A stretch of 64,000 nucleotides of DNA from Mobula hypostoma (lineage: Eukaryota), in the NCBI RefSeq assembly GCF_963921235.1, contig NC_086100.1, forward strand, positions 151,280,001-151,344,000, read 5' to 3'. Positions within the stretch are counted from its first letter, which is position 1, and every line of letters starts with the position of its first letter. This document shows, piece after piece, positions 35,230 through 47,934 of the stretch. Under the pieces are notes generated by a model. It was not told where the DNA came from, searched no databases, and saw only the letters and a program-made list of their open reading frames with translations. The translations under genes and the position numbers were made by a program.

Positions 35230-38200
35230 CAAGAGCACTTGCTTGTGAAGGAAGCAGCACAAGATTTTAAAAGAACTTCGGGCCCTTTGGGACTTTTCGG
35301 AGGCCTTAATCATAACGGTCTATTAGGCACTTGGCAAAGCCTAATGAAAAGACGTGAAGTGTAAGCAGAATGGCTATTATGTGAGGGGGCCAGTTTTAAG
35401 AATGGTCAGGCTTTGGCAAGAAGAGACAAAGACTGTTTCTTTTTCTTTCCTTGTCTTTAATACGCAATTAGTGGAGGGAGAATGGGTCTGGAGGTAGTAG
35501 TATGTTGTTCATGTGAGGTGTGGGAGACCTCCAGTCTCCCTGATAACAACACCTGCTTGAAGTGCATCGAGCTGCAGCTCCAGAGAGACTGTGTTAATGA
35601 ACTGGCGCTGCACCTGCACCTGGATGACTTTCAGCTCATATGGGAGAATGAAGAGTGATAGATAAGGAGCTACAGGGAGGCAGTCACCTCCAAGTTGCAG
35701 GAGGTAGGTAGCTGGGAAACTGTCAGGACAGGGGAAGGGAATTGGCAACCAGTGCAGTGTACCCCTGTGGCCATTCCCCTCAATAAGTATGCCACTTTGG
35801 TTACAGCTGAGGGGTTGACCTACCAAGGGGAAGACACAGTGACCAGGTCTTTGGCAAAATTGGCTCTGTGGTTCTGAAGGGAAGCAGGGAGGAGTGATAG
35901 GGGATTTCATTGTTAGAGGAGCAGATAGTAAGAAGTAACATGAAACATGTTACCTCCCAGGTGCCAGGCCCAGTCTTGGATCATATCCACAACATTCTAA
36001 AGGGGGAAGGTGAACAGCCAGAAGTTGTGGTAAATATTGGTACCAATGGCATAGGTAGGATGACGTTCTGAACAGAAAAATATAGGGAGTTATGTAGAAA
36101 GCTGAAAAGCAGGACTTCAAGGGTAGCAATCTCTGGATTGCTGCTTATGCCACATGCCAGTGAGGGTAAGAATAAGATGACTTGGCATATGAATGCATGA
36201 CTGAGGAACTGATGCAGGGGACAGGGTTTCAGATTTCTGGATCATTGGGATCTGCTCTGGGGAAGGTATGACCTGTAGAAAAAGGACAGGTTACACCTGA
36301 ACCTGAGGGAGACCAATATCTTTGCAGGCATGTTTGCCAGAGCTGTTGGGTAGGGTTTAAACCTAATTTGGCAGGGGATGGGAACCTGAGTGATGGGGCT
36401 GAGGATGGTGCAGTTGGTAGACGCGTAGATGAAGTCTGCAATGAGACTGAGGAAAAGCAGGCAAATGATAGGGCAAAATAGCAGTGAGTGGAATGAACTT
36501 AAGTGTAACATGGAGGCAAAATTGCAAAGGTTGACGAATATAAGACTGAAGGCATTATATTTGAATGTTTACAGTATATGAATGAGGTAGATGAACTTGT
36601 GGCACTGTTGAGATTGGCAGGTGGGCATCCCTGACTCATGGCTGAAAAATTATCACAGTTGGGATGTACGTATCGAAAGGATAGGCACTAAGGCAAAGGG
36701 GGTGGGGTGGCTCTGTTAGGAAAAAATGAAATCGAGTCCTTAGAAAGAAGTGACATAGGATCAGCAGATATAGAACCCTGATGGGTAGAGGTAAGAAACT
36801 GCAAGGATAAAAAAAAAAGACCCCGATAGGAGTTTTATAGAGGCAAGGATATAAAAAAAAAAGACCCTGATAGGAGTTTTATAGAGGCCTCCGAACATAG
36901 CCAAGATGTGGAATAGAAATTAAAACAGGAGCCATCTGACATAGGAGCAGAATTAGGGCATTCAGCCCATCGAGTCTTCTTCATCATTCCATCAAGGCTG
37001 ATTTATTATTCTCCCCAACCCCATTCTTCTACCTTCTCCCTGTAACCTTTGACGGAACAACAAAAGAACCTGTCGAACTCTGCTTTAAATATACCCAATG
37101 ACTTGGCCTCCACAGCCATCTGTGGCAATGAATTCCGCAGATTTACTTATCTCTGGCTAAAGAAATTCCTCCCCATCTGTTCTAAATGGACATCCCTCTA
37201 TTCTGAGGTGGTGCCCTCGTGTCCTAACCTTCCACACTACAGGAAACGTCCTCTCCCCATCCATACCATATACATGCCTTTTCTATCTCATGAACAGTAG
37301 CCCAGGATGTGGGATTTAAAAATAGAAGATAGAAAAGGCATGTAAAAATGGCAATGTTATGATAGTCATGAAGGATTTCAATATGCAGGTAGATTGGGAA
37401 AATCAGGTTGGTGCTGATCCCAAGTGACGGAATTTGTAGAATACCAATGAGATGTCATTTTCAAGCAGCTTGTGATTGAACCAACCAGGGGAAAGGCAAC
37501 TGGTAATGAATCAGATTTAATTAGAGAGCTTAAGCTAAAAGATCCTATGGAGACAGTAATTTTTAAAATGATAGAGTTCACCCAGCAGGTTGAGACAGAG
37601 AAAATAAAGTCAGATATATCAGTATTATAGTGGATTAAATGAAGTCACAGAGGCATGAGGGAGGTGTTGGCCAAAGATGATTGAAAAAGGGACACTAGCA
37701 GGGATGACTTTAGAACAGCAATGGCTAGAGTTTCTGGGAGCAGTTCAGAAGGTACAGGATAGATACATCCCATTGAAGAAGCTGTATTCTAAGGAAGATG
37801 CAACTGTGGCTGACAAGGGAAGTCAAAGACTATAAAAGTAAAAAGGAAGGTGAATAACACAGCAAAAAAAAAAGTGAGAAGTTAGAGGATTGAGAAGATT
37901 TCAAAGCCAACAAAAGGCAACTAAAAACAAAAGAGAAGAAAAGATGAAAAATGAAGATAAGCTAGCCAATAACATAAAAGAAATGCAATACTGGATATTA
38001 GACCACTGGAAAAGGACGCAGAAGTAGTAATGAGGGACAAAGAAATGGCAGACAAACTTAATAGCTATTTTGAACAAGTCTTCACTGTGGAAGACACTAG
38101 CAATATGCCTGAAATTCAAGGGTGTCAGGGGGCAGAAGTGAGTGTACTTGCTATTACTATGGAGAAGATCCTTGGGAGCTGAATGTTCTGAAGGTAGATA

Positions 38201-38830
38201 AGTCACCTGGGCCAGATGGATTACATCCCAAGGATCTGAAAGGGGTAGTTGAAGAGATTGTGGGGGCATTAGTAATGATCTTTCAAGAATCACTAGCTTC
38301 TGGAATGGTTCAGGACTCGAAAAATATAAATGTCACTCCACTTTTCAATAAGGGAGGGAGGCAGAAGAAAGGAAAATATATACCAATCAGCCTGACTTTA
38401 GTGGTTGAGAAGATGTTGGAGTCCATTATTAAGGGTAAGGTTTCAGGGTACTTGGAGGCACATGATAAAATAGGCTAAAGTCAGCATGGTTTCTTGAAGG
38501 GAAAATCTTGCTTGACAAACCTGTTGGAATTATTTGAGGAAATAATAAGCAGGATAGACAAAGGAGAATCAGTGTATGTTGTTTACCTGGATTTTCAGGT
38601 AGCTTTTGACAAGGTGCCACACATGACACTGCTTAACAAGAGCCTATGGAAAGATACTAACATAGAAGATTGGCTAATTGGCAGGAGACAAAGAGTGGAA
38701 ATAAAATGGGCCTTTTCTGGTTGGCTGCCAGTGACTAGTGGTGTTATGCAGAAGTTGGTGTTGGGACCACTTCTTTTCACTTGTCAATGATTTGGATAAT
38801 GGAATAAATGGTTTTGTAGCCAGGTTTGCA
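35230..38830 (+). mobile_element. Decayed CR1 LINE including ORF1 region (THAP1-like intron 2); CR1 3' piece inserted on - at about 36935-37290
   Basis: ORF1 zinc-finger remnant CSCEVW..TCLKCIELQL near 35505-35580; ORF2 remnants 38122..38790. Confidence 0.8.
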
Positions 38831-38849
38831 ATATTAGCATTCATTTGAA

Positions 38850-40835
38850 GTCACAGGAAACTACAGCACAGAAACAGGCCCTTTGGCCCACCTAGCTCAT
38901 GGGGAACCATTTAAACTGCTAGACCTATTAACCTGCAGCCAGATTATAGCCCTCCATACCTATCCCATCCATGTACCTTTCCAAACTACTCAAACGTTGA
39001 AATCAAAATTGCATCCATCATTTGCACTAGCAGCTCATTCCACACTCTGAGTAAAGATGTTTCTCTTCATATTCTCCTTAAACATTTCATCTTTCACCCT
39101 AAAGCCATGACCTTTAATTATAGTCTCACCCAGCCTCAATGGAAAAAGCCTGCTTGCATTTACCCTATCTACACCCCTCAATTTTGTATACCACTATCAA
39201 ATCTCCTCCCAATCTTCCACTTTCTAGGGAATAAAGTTCTAACCTATTCAATCTTTCCTATAACTCAGGTTCTCCAGTCCTGGCAACATGCTTGTAATTT
39301 ATCTCTGTACTTTCAATCTTATCTAGATGTTTCATGTAGGTAGCTAATTTCATACAATACTCCAAATTAGTCCTCAACAATGTTCAACATAACAGCCCAA
39401 TGCCTGCAGTCAATACTTTGATCATTAAAGGCCAATGTGCCAAAAGTGTTTTTTTACAACCCTATCTACCTGTGATACTACGTTCAATGAATTATGGACC
39501 TGTATTCCCAGATCCCCTTGTTCTGTGGCACTTCACAGTGCCCTCCCACTGGTTGGTCCTCCAAAAGTGCAACATCTCACACATCAGCATAAAATTCTAT
39601 CTGCCACTTTTCAGCTATTTATCCACCTGGTCCAGATCCCGTTAAAAGATTTGATAGTCTTCCTTGCTGTCCACTACACCCCCAATCTTGTGTCATCTGA
39701 AAAACCACATTATCATCCAAGTCATTGACACCGATGACAAACAACGGACCCAGCACTGATCCCTGTGGTGCTCCTCTAGTCACAGGGGCAACCATCTACT
39801 GTGACACATTGGCTTCTCCCACAAAGACAATGTCTAATCCAATTTACTACCTCATCTTGAATACTAAGTGATTGAAAGTTCTTGACCAATTTCCCAAGCG
39901 AGGCCTTATCAATTGCCCTACTGAAGTCCATGTACACAACATCCACTGCTTTGCCTTCATCAACGTCCCTGGTAACTTCCTAAAAAAAAAATCTATAAGA
40001 TTGTTTAGACACAACCTACCATGTACAAAGCCATGTTGACTACCCCTAATCAGTCCCTGGCTATTGAAATACTCAAATCCGGTCCCTTACAATACCCTCC
40101 AATAACTTTCCCACTACTGATGTCAGGCTCACCAGCCTATAATTTCTGGTTTATTCTTACAGCCTCTCTTAAACAGCAGAACAATATTAACTATCCTACT
40201 ATCCTCCAGTACCTCATCTGTCGCTAAGGACGATTTAAGTATCTCTGCTGGAGCCCCCGCAATTTCTGCACTTGCCTCCCACAGGGTCCAAGAGAATACC
40301 TTGTCAGGCCATGGGGACTTGTCCACCCTAATTTACCTCAAGAGAACAAACACCTACTCATTGTAATCTGTACAGGGTCCACGACCTCACTACTGCTTTG
40401 CTCACTTCTATAGACTGTGTCTGTCTCCTGAGTAATTACAGATGCAAAAAAAAATTTAAGATCCCCTCCATCTCTTTTGGCCCCACACATAGATTACCAT
40501 TCTGATCTTTCAGAGGACCATTTTTTTCCTACTCACAATCCTTTTGCTCTTAACATATCTGAAGAAGCTCTTAGGATTTTCCTTCACCTTGCCTGCCAGA
40601 GCAACCTCATAACTTCTTTTAGCACTCCTGATTTCTTTCTTTGCATTTCTTAAACTCAACTACCTCATTTGTTCCTACCTGCCTATATCTTCCATGCACC
40701 TCCTTTTTCTTCACAAGGGCCCCAATCTCTCTCAAAAACCAAGGTTACCTAAAGCTGTTATTCTTGCCTTTTATTCTGACAAGAACACAGAAGCTTTGTA
40801 CTCTTAAAATTTCACTTTTGAAGGCCTTCCACTTA
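38850..40835 (-). mobile_element. Decayed CR1-clade LINE
   Basis: Homologous to 23633-26508 (DKSP.PD, RT region, 3' tail). Confidence 0.8.
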
Positions 40836-41455
40836 TGAAGAGGCTTTATAAGGCACTAGTGAGGTCTAGCTTGGGGTATTGTGAGCAGTTTTGGTGCCCC
40901 TTTTTAAGAAAGGATATGCTAGCACTGGAGAGTGTCCAGGGGAGGTTCACAAAAATGACTCCAGGACTGAAAACGATAATGTACGTGGAACAGTTGATTA
41001 ATTTGGGCCTGTACTCGCTGGAGTTTAGAGGAACGTCAGGGGATCTTGTTGAAAACTACCAAATATTCAAAGATGTTGAACACTGAAAAGTATAGAAGTA
41101 TAGAGTGAATGTGGAGAGGATGTTTCCAATAGTGGGGGGTGGGGGTGGGAGTGGAGTCTAGGACCAGAGGGAACAGCCTCAGAATAGGACATCCCTTTAG
41201 AATAGAGATGAGGAGCAATTTCAGCCAGAGGATGGTAAATTTGTGAAATTCAGTACAACAGACGGCAGTGGAGGCCAAGTGATTGGATGTATTTAAAGTG
41301 AAGATTGATAGGTTCTTGATTAGGAAGGGCATCAAAAATTACAGGGAGAAGGGAGGAGAATGGTGTTGAGAGGGATAGTTAATCATGCATGATGAAATGG
41401 TGGGCCAGACTCAAAAGGACAAAGTAGCTTTACTCTGCTCCTATGTCTTATGGTT
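40836..41455 (+). mobile_element. CR1 3' fragment
   Basis: RLYKALVR...CEQFWCP; 3' tail CTGCTCCTATGTCTTATGG. Confidence 0.8.
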
Positions 41456-41493
41456 TAATAAACATCATAACTTATAAATAACCTAAGAGTTAC

Positions 41494-41695
41494 CTTTGAC
41501 TGCTGATTTGATCGAGTAAAACAGAATATGGATGGCACAGCATTTTCTTCCAGTATTTTATTGTTACAGTTCTTTCTGAAACAGTCCAATGTGAAATGTT
41601 CTGAACACAAATTGCTGTTTTTAGTGGGTATAAAATTCCGTCTTCTTACTGCATCCAGCCACTTTTTGCAGAGCTCCGGCCGCTTCAGGGGAAAC
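41494..41695 (-). CDS. THAP1: THAP1-like protein, exon 2 (rest of the THAP C2CH zinc finger)
   Basis: [67 protein letters not shown]; acceptor AG 41697-41696; donor AAG|gtaact; 202 nt. Confidence 0.93.
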
Positions 41696-43419
41696 CTTCA
41701 ATTGGGTTTTAAAAATACTGTTAGAGAGAAGACCCATATATTGATAGCTATCAATAAAATTGGTTACTTACAATTGGTTTTTCACCATCCTTCCAAGCAC
41801 ACAGCTGGTCTCCTGAATATAAATTGCAGCCAAAAGAAACCAAACAATGTAAGTATATACAAAACAATGTCTACTCCATTCTTTAGTGTATCATACTCAG
41901 TTAATGATTCAGGATCATTGATATTTGCAGGCCACTGTAGTGATGTCAGACACACATAACTGCATGAAGTGTCCCAATCTCCAAATTTACCTGTATTGTC
42001 CAAACTGGTCATCACAGCTATTTAATTCAGCCGTGCGTTTTTAGCCAAAGCTGCAGTAATTTTACTGCTCTTCTGTGGCCATGCAACTCATTTATTCCTC
42101 CTTACGTCCAGTTGGCTTTGGCTCAACATTGTAATCGAGGCAAAAAGCAATTAAGATCATGGCTTTAAACCCCTTTCAGTATAACTAAATTCTTTCACAC
42201 CCAATCAAATATTTTTAAAGTGTAATAATAATGTTAAGAAATACAACAGCTAATTTGCATAAATCCAAGTTCCACACATGACAGTAATGCACAATCTGTA
42301 TCATTATTGATATTAGTTGAAGTATCAGCCAAGGTCTGGTCCTTTTTGGATAGCACATAGCCTTTCTCACATCCAAATGAAAAATCCCATAGTTTCAAAT
42401 CTCAGTATATTGTCTCATCAAAAAATTAAAATGTTGATAGCACAATTCATACTCAGTACAACATGATATCAGCCTAGATTAGAACTTGATTGAATAGTCA
42501 TCTTAATCACATGAGAACGCTACCCTAGCCATCACCACTACTTCATGGATAAAATAGCAAAAGGACAAGGTCAAAAGTGAAAAGAAGGACATTTCCACTT
42601 TTAGCTTTATTTAAAAATATATTTAAATGCCAGACCATCATATTTTGTGGAAAGAAAATCCAGTAACATTTCAGGTCAAATCAGTTCTGACAAAGGGTCT
42701 TTGACCTGAAACATTAACTGTTTCTCAGAGATGCAGCCTGACCTGCAGATGTTAAAAAAACATAAGAAATAACGTGATTTCTATCATCCACAGCTTATTT
42801 TTTGACTTTCACATATTTGTAGTTTTATTAGACCAGTCTACCATTGATTTCACTATGTATGTTTTCTAAGTCCTATTCACACATTACCAATAAAGCCGGA
42901 TTTAGGAATTCATGGAACCTTTAATACATGAAGTTTATCCAGCACCACTTTGCCCATTAACGTAGATTATCACAGGCCTATCACTCTGTGCCAACACAGC
43001 TATCACAATTGCAAAGATTCACTGCAAAATATAGCAAGAAAGTCCATGACCACAGCCAAAAGGAAAACAGTATTTTAAAACATTAGAATGCTGGATAAAA
43101 ATGCTGCAAATAGAAAACTACAGTAAGATTTTAGAAACTCACTACTTCAAGCACGCTTTCCATCATGATTATTCGCTACACTTATTTTTTTTATTACAAT
43201 TCTCTATCGGGTACGCTGTGAAATCAACCCCTCACTCCATCACAACTAACCCTAAAGTGATTTACCAACTCCGCCTCACATACATACTTCCGGATCATCC
43301 CCTTCAGTCACTTGCCCTGCTTATCCCTCTACTCTGGAGACCCTTTCAGCTTCAACCCTCCTGCCAAATTTCTTTCCCTGCCCAACGTCAGTAGCTTTCC
43401 CACCTCACCACCAACATCC

Positions 43420-43780
43420 CGCCTTGTTCAACTTCCTTTCTGACGCCATTCAAGGAGTGGCCTGGCTAGTCAGCCAGCAAGCCAGCCCGCGCCAAGATCT
43501 CAGCTCACCGGCCACGTTCTGCCACGCAGAGCCACAACCAATACACTCCCTGATGGAAGCCGCCACCCAGAGCCTACCTGTGGAAAGAAACGCCACGGTC
43601 TTTATCATACCGATTCTTGCAGCCGTAAGCAGAGCAGGATAACACCATGGCGCCGAGCAGTCTCCGGGCACCGACCGCGCCTACCTGACCCTGTTCACGG
43701 CTCTCATTGGCTGGGTCTGCCAGCAGCCGCCGTTTCTGCTATACTGTCGGTGATGTCACTGATGGTGCTGGGGCGATCTG
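43420..43780 (-). promoter_or_regulatory. CpG-rich promoter and first exon region of the THAP1-like gene
   Basis: Local CpG enrichment; CCAAT (-) at about 43706-43710; TGATGTCA near 43751. Confidence 0.6.
43578..43648 (-). CDS. THAP1: THAP1-like protein, exon 1
   Basis: Kozak GCGCCATGG; [23 protein letters not shown](R); 71 coding nt then gtaggc, the same length as human THAP1 coding exon 1. Confidence 0.93.
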
Positions 43781-44289
43781 CACCTTCTTGCAGTGGGGGT
43801 TCTTGAAGAGAAACTAAAGGAAAACTTTGCCGAGGCTAAGATGATGTAACAATTAACAAATGAAGTTGTTGTGACTGACTGAAACTGAGCCATATGAAAG
43901 CTGCAACTGGGAAACATTAGTATTTACATAGCGAACGTTTCTGGAAAAGTAGAATCTGAGAGAGTCTCACTCTCCTGACACAAAGTTTTATACTTCTTCA
44001 ACACAAAGGTAACAATAAACAATCAACTACTTACTTTAACATTTGGAATATAGTCACGTAAATTTACTGTATTTACAGCACACCCTAACAAGCAGAACCC
44101 TTTGAATATTCAATACCTGTAAGGGGGAGAATTCCACTACCCAGCCTTACCTGAAGATTCATCACCCTTTGAATGAAGAACTTTCTCTTAACAGTTAAAT
44201 GGTCTGACCTATATTATGAGACTATGATTTCCGGTTCTAGGTTTTCCAATCAGGAGATACATATTTTATTCTTACAAACTTCATGGAAT

Positions 44290-44935
44290 ATAATAATAAC
44301 AATAATAATACTTTATTGATAGTGGGAAATTCTTTTGTTACAGCAGCAACATTTAAAAACATGCTTAGCAGTGTACTTAACTAGTAATAAATACAGAATA
44401 ATACAAACAATAATAATGTACCAATGTGCAATAATAATGTACAAAATAATAAAATAGAGATTATTGTACTATGATGTGTGTCACCTGTGCACAGAGGTGA
44501 AATGTTGTATCTGCTTATTGTATTTGTTAGGAAAGCTTTACTGTAATGATGCTTATGACAGCGGAGCTGAATGAGTCTGTTCCAAAGAGTACTCCACTGC
44601 TTATTCAGTAGGTCATGGAGAGGATGTGCCAGATTGTCCATAATGGATAACAGTTTGTTTAGTGACCTCCTCTCCACCATTAACTCAAGAGCCCAGGTTG
44701 TAGCCAAGGATGGATCCAGCCTTTTTGATATGTTTATTTAGTCTTTTTGTATCACCAACACCAATGCTGCTCCCCCAACATAAAGTCGCAAAGAAGACTG
44801 CACTGACTGCAACAGACTGCTAAAAGATCTCCAACATCTTGTTGCACACATTAAAGGATCTCAGCTTCCTTAGAAATTGGAGTCTGCTCATCCCTTTCTT
44901 GTAAACAGCCTTTGTGTTGGTTTTCCAGTCAAGTC
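44290..44935 (-). mobile_element. Rex1/Babar LINE 3' fragment
   Basis: LDWKTNTKAVYKKGMSRLQFLRKLRSFNVC; IMDNLAHPLH; (ATT)n tail. Confidence 0.75.
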
Positions 44936-46334
44936 TTATAGGTTCATTGCCTTCTAATACAGCAACTGTTCTATCTAGAAACCAATCTGGCAAACTTTCA
45001 TTCCACTCCCTGTGGCAAGAAGATCTTTCTTTTAGGTAAGGAGACCAAAAGATCATGTAATACTCCAGCTACGATCTCACCAAGACTCCATATAATTGCA
45101 TTAAGATTCAAATCTTCATGTAAATGCCAATGTACCAATTACCATCTTAATTGTTTACAATATCTGCATGTTCTTCATTGACTTTTATACAAGGATGCAT
45201 AGGTTTCTGAACATTGCCAATCTATGACCATTTTTTTAAAAAGTCCTACTTTCCTGTATTATACACATAAGTGAATGAACTCACATTTAATCCTACTCCT
45301 TGCTTCCCACCTGGTAAATTAATTCTCAGTCCAAGTCTGTATATTAAACTCAATTCCTTGCATTATTGAAGTTCAATACCTCTCAGGATCTGTTTCCCTT
45401 TTTCTATTGATCCCATTTCTTCCAAATTCAAACACTCAGCATTTTTTCACTACCTTTTTTTCAATCTTCCCTCTCTGATCCCAAAGATCAGTCTTCAGAC
45501 ACGACTTCACATTTTCCCCCTGTGTCCCTGTGACTTTTTCCTCCAATTCTGTGTCCATTTCTTTTTCCAGATGTCTTCAGTTCAGATTACGGACCCCTTC
45601 TCCCATCTCCAAAAGTCCCAACCCACCTGGACCCTTCCCTCTTGTCTCTAATTATCTATAAACCATTCATTTAAACTGCTGATGCAATATTGACTAGCTT
45701 GATATTTTCAGTCCTTTCACTTGCTCTGAACTACTCGGTTTTGAACTTGTAGTACTTTGTTTATTAGAAATAACCCTTACATCAGGTGCATTTAAGAACC
45801 TCTTAAATGAGTACATTGATGATAGAAAAGTAGAAAGCAATGTTGCAGCAGAGGTTTAAGGTTGATCATAGAGTTGGTTAAAAGAATGGTACAACATCAT
45901 GGATCGAATGACCTGTATAGCACTGTAATGTTCTCTGTTCCACGTTCTTGTATTGACAATATACTCACCTCAAAAGATGGTACCATTATGGTCTGGCAAA
46001 CTGATGTTTATCTACAGAAATTAAGCATTGTCTCTCAGCATCCTCCTGTACCACCCTCTGGAGTGGCACTGAGCCGTCATCCCTAATTCAATGTGTGTCC
46101 AACAATGCCCATCCACCCTCCTTTCTTCAATGTATCTTTGATATGTACATATTTAAGCTCAGCTTTCCCATCTACCGAGTATCTGACACTGAGCAACAAA
46201 CATGCTGGAGGAATTCAGCGGATGCAGTGGCAGCTGTGGATGCAAGGTCGACCATTCGGGGGAGACCCCTTCACCATCTTGCTTCATTTTCAGTATCTAC
46301 AGTCTCCGTCCTTTCTTTCTTTCTCTGTGATATT

Positions 46335-46720
46335 TCACTGGAATTTGGAAGGATAAGGAGTGATATCATTGAAACCTTTCAAATATTGAAAGGCCTAGAC
46401 AGAGTAGATGTGAAAAAGATGTTTCCCATGGTGGGGGGGGGGTGTCTAGGACAAGAGGGCACAGCCTCAGAATAGAGGGGCATCCATTTAAAACAGAGAT
46501 GCTGTGAAATTTCTTTGTGAATTTGTGGAATTTATTACCACAGGCAGCTGAAGTGGCCAGTTTCTTAGGTTTATTTAAGGGAGAGCTTGATAGGTTCTTG
46601 ATTACACACAGTATCAAAGGTTGCGGGAAGAAGGCCAGGGAACGGGGGTGAGGAGGGGAAAAAAGAATCAGCCATGATTGAATAGCGGAGCAGACTTGAC
46701 GGGCCAAATGGCCTAATTCT
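46335..46720 (+). mobile_element. CR1 3' fragment
   Basis: LEFGRIRSDIIETFQILKGLDRVD and CR1 3' UTR. Confidence 0.75.
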
Positions 46721-47049
46721 AAGTGTTATGGTATTACAGTCTAACTTTTTCCCCTCTGCCATTGGATTTCTGCAAGGACAATGATCCATGAACACTACTT
46801 CACTATCTTTTACTCTCGTTTTCCACTATTTAATGTAACGTAATGTGTATATATACACACAAAGTAATTTACAGTTTTTTATTGTTATGTGTAACAATAT
46901 ACTGCTGCCACAAAACAGCAAATTTGATGACATACGCCAGTGATATTAACCCTGATTCTGATTCTGATATTAGGGAAGAGGGCAGAGTATGGAGCTGGGG
47001 GAGGATCTTAGCTGTAGACTGAGGTTGAAGCACAGGGCGAAGCCTGCTG

Positions 47050-47930
47050 TTGGGAGTTTTCTCTCAGGAAGGAAGAGGGCTAGAGATGGCAGGAAGCAAT
47101 GGAGAAAACAGTGGTAGTGAACGCAAGCTGTATTAGGTGACAGGAATGTATGGAGGAAGAGGAAGAGCAGGTTTCTGGGAAACAGAAAAATAAGTGACCG
47201 ATTGAGGGATATAGTGGCTTATTTTCAAGTGATGAAAGCAGTAGATAGGATTTAAATAATAGGACGGAAGAGTTTAAAATTTTGCTGAATTTTGAATGTG
47301 GACCTGTTTCAGTTATCAATCCAATTAGACTAAATGAAAATTTGAAAAAAAGCAATTGTGGGTGCAAAACCTTTAAGAGAGGGGACAACTCCTAGACTTT
47401 TGTAAAGATAGTAAGCAATGTGAGAAAGCTTTGGGGGTTAAAGCCGTGGGAGGAAGGAAAGTAACACAAGGAATTATATTGAATGACATTGGCTTTGGGG
47501 AGTAACATTTGGAGTGTCTCTAGATGTGTATCCATGGACCAAGTTAAAAATAATTTCGTCGGGGGAAGGGTTTTGGATGCTAAACATTTAAGTGGATTTT
47601 GTGGTGAAGTTAGAACATATAGCTTATTGAACATATAGCTTATTAAACAGATAGTTGATTAAATATAATGGAAAAAGTTGCCGGATAGAATTAATTTAGG
47701 TAATATGAGGTACATGGTGCTGCCCCCTCGGAGATATTTTCAATACCATAAGTTTGGTCATGTAGCAGATGTTTGTAGTGGTAAAATGTGGTGTGGTAGA
47801 TCTGGTGGAGAACATGATTAGGGCAATTGCGGAGAATGCGTTAGGCAAAATAGTAGTAACTGTGGAGGGGAACGTAGCTCTGCATATGCAGGGTACCCTG
47901 TATAAAAGAAAGCTGTGGAAGTGTCGCATG
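47050..47930 (+). mobile_element. Decayed ORF1 (gag-like zinc knuckle) of an I/Nimb-type LINE
   Basis: About 47720-47830 reads like PLR.F.C.KFGHVADVC..K..CG..GGEH...C with stops and frameshifts. Confidence 0.5.
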
Positions 47931-47934
47931 TTCC

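Noticed and set aside
36801-36886. Tandem duplication of about 43 bp
   Set aside because: Local duplication inside a dead CR1; no sign of function.
32475-43648. THAP domain as part of a P-element/THAP9 transposase
   Set aside because: No transposase core or TIRs; exon structure and C-terminus match THAP1.
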